From: an uncultured Planctomycetota bacterium
GTDB lineage: Bacteria > Planctomycetota > PLA2 > JAEUHO01
Assembly (NCBI GenBank): GCA_963752285.1
Contig: CAVVXN010000005.1
Location: 768,001 to 832,000, forward strand
Direction: 5' to 3'
DNA length: 64,000 bases
Of this stretch, positions 63,792 through 64,000 are shown piece by piece. Positions within the stretch are counted from its first letter, which is position 1. Each line of letters opens with the position of its first letter. The notes beneath the pieces were generated by a model. The model was not told the DNA's origin. It was given only the letters and a program-made list of their open reading frames with translations, and made no database searches. The position numbers were made by a program, and so were the translations under genes.

Positions 63792-64000
63792 GGCGCCCTC
63801 CGGGCCGCGAGGGTCGCGAGGACGCGCTTCTCGTCGATGGGCTCCCACGCCCGCGTCGAGGGGTCGATCAGCGCGGCGTAGAAGGAGTGCGGCAGGCTCA
63901 GCGCCCGCCGGAGGAGGTCCCACCACGCGAGGCGCAGATAGCGTTGCGGGCTCTCGAGCCCGGCCTTCACCTGGGGCCACGCGTCCTTCGGACCGAGCTG
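63788..64000 (-). CDS. Partial hypothetical protein (C-terminal end)
   Basis: Open frame to the window edge; GTGA overlap with the ABC ATPase. Confidence 0.5.
   Translation of the reverse strand, partial: QLGPKDAWPQVKAGLESPQRYLRLAWWDLLRRALSLPHSFYAALIDPSTRAWEPIDEKRVLATLAARRAP

Overview
A GC-rich bacterial chromosomal segment, probably Planctomycetota (inferred from HEAT/vWA lipoproteins, a eukaryotic-type UDPGP enzyme and an ERR-repeat small protein). It is mostly housekeeping: acnA, thiC with a TPP riboswitch, tRNA-Leu(CAG), thpR-recA-alaS, rpmF-plsX-fabD-fabG-acpP-fabF, ddl, pepA and pepE. Hydrolases, an ABC exporter and many secreted or lipoprotein genes of unknown function fill the rest. 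No integrase, transposase, phage or CRISPR-Cas genes are evident. The most striking unexplained structure is the ~720-bp gap at 54268-54988, where gene orientation flips from 22 kb of all + strand to 9 kb of all - strand. In order, it holds a perfect 19-bp inverted repeat, ~9.6 tandem copies of a 48-bp G-rich unit with an invariant hairpin stem, and, 8 bp later, a dif-like XerC/XerD site. The best candidate for an uncharacterised protein system is a zinc metallopeptidase / Ddl-like ATP-grasp ligase / methyltransferase cluster at 18.7-21.7 kb. Product calls rest on motif recognition by eye, with no database search, and several start codons are estimates.
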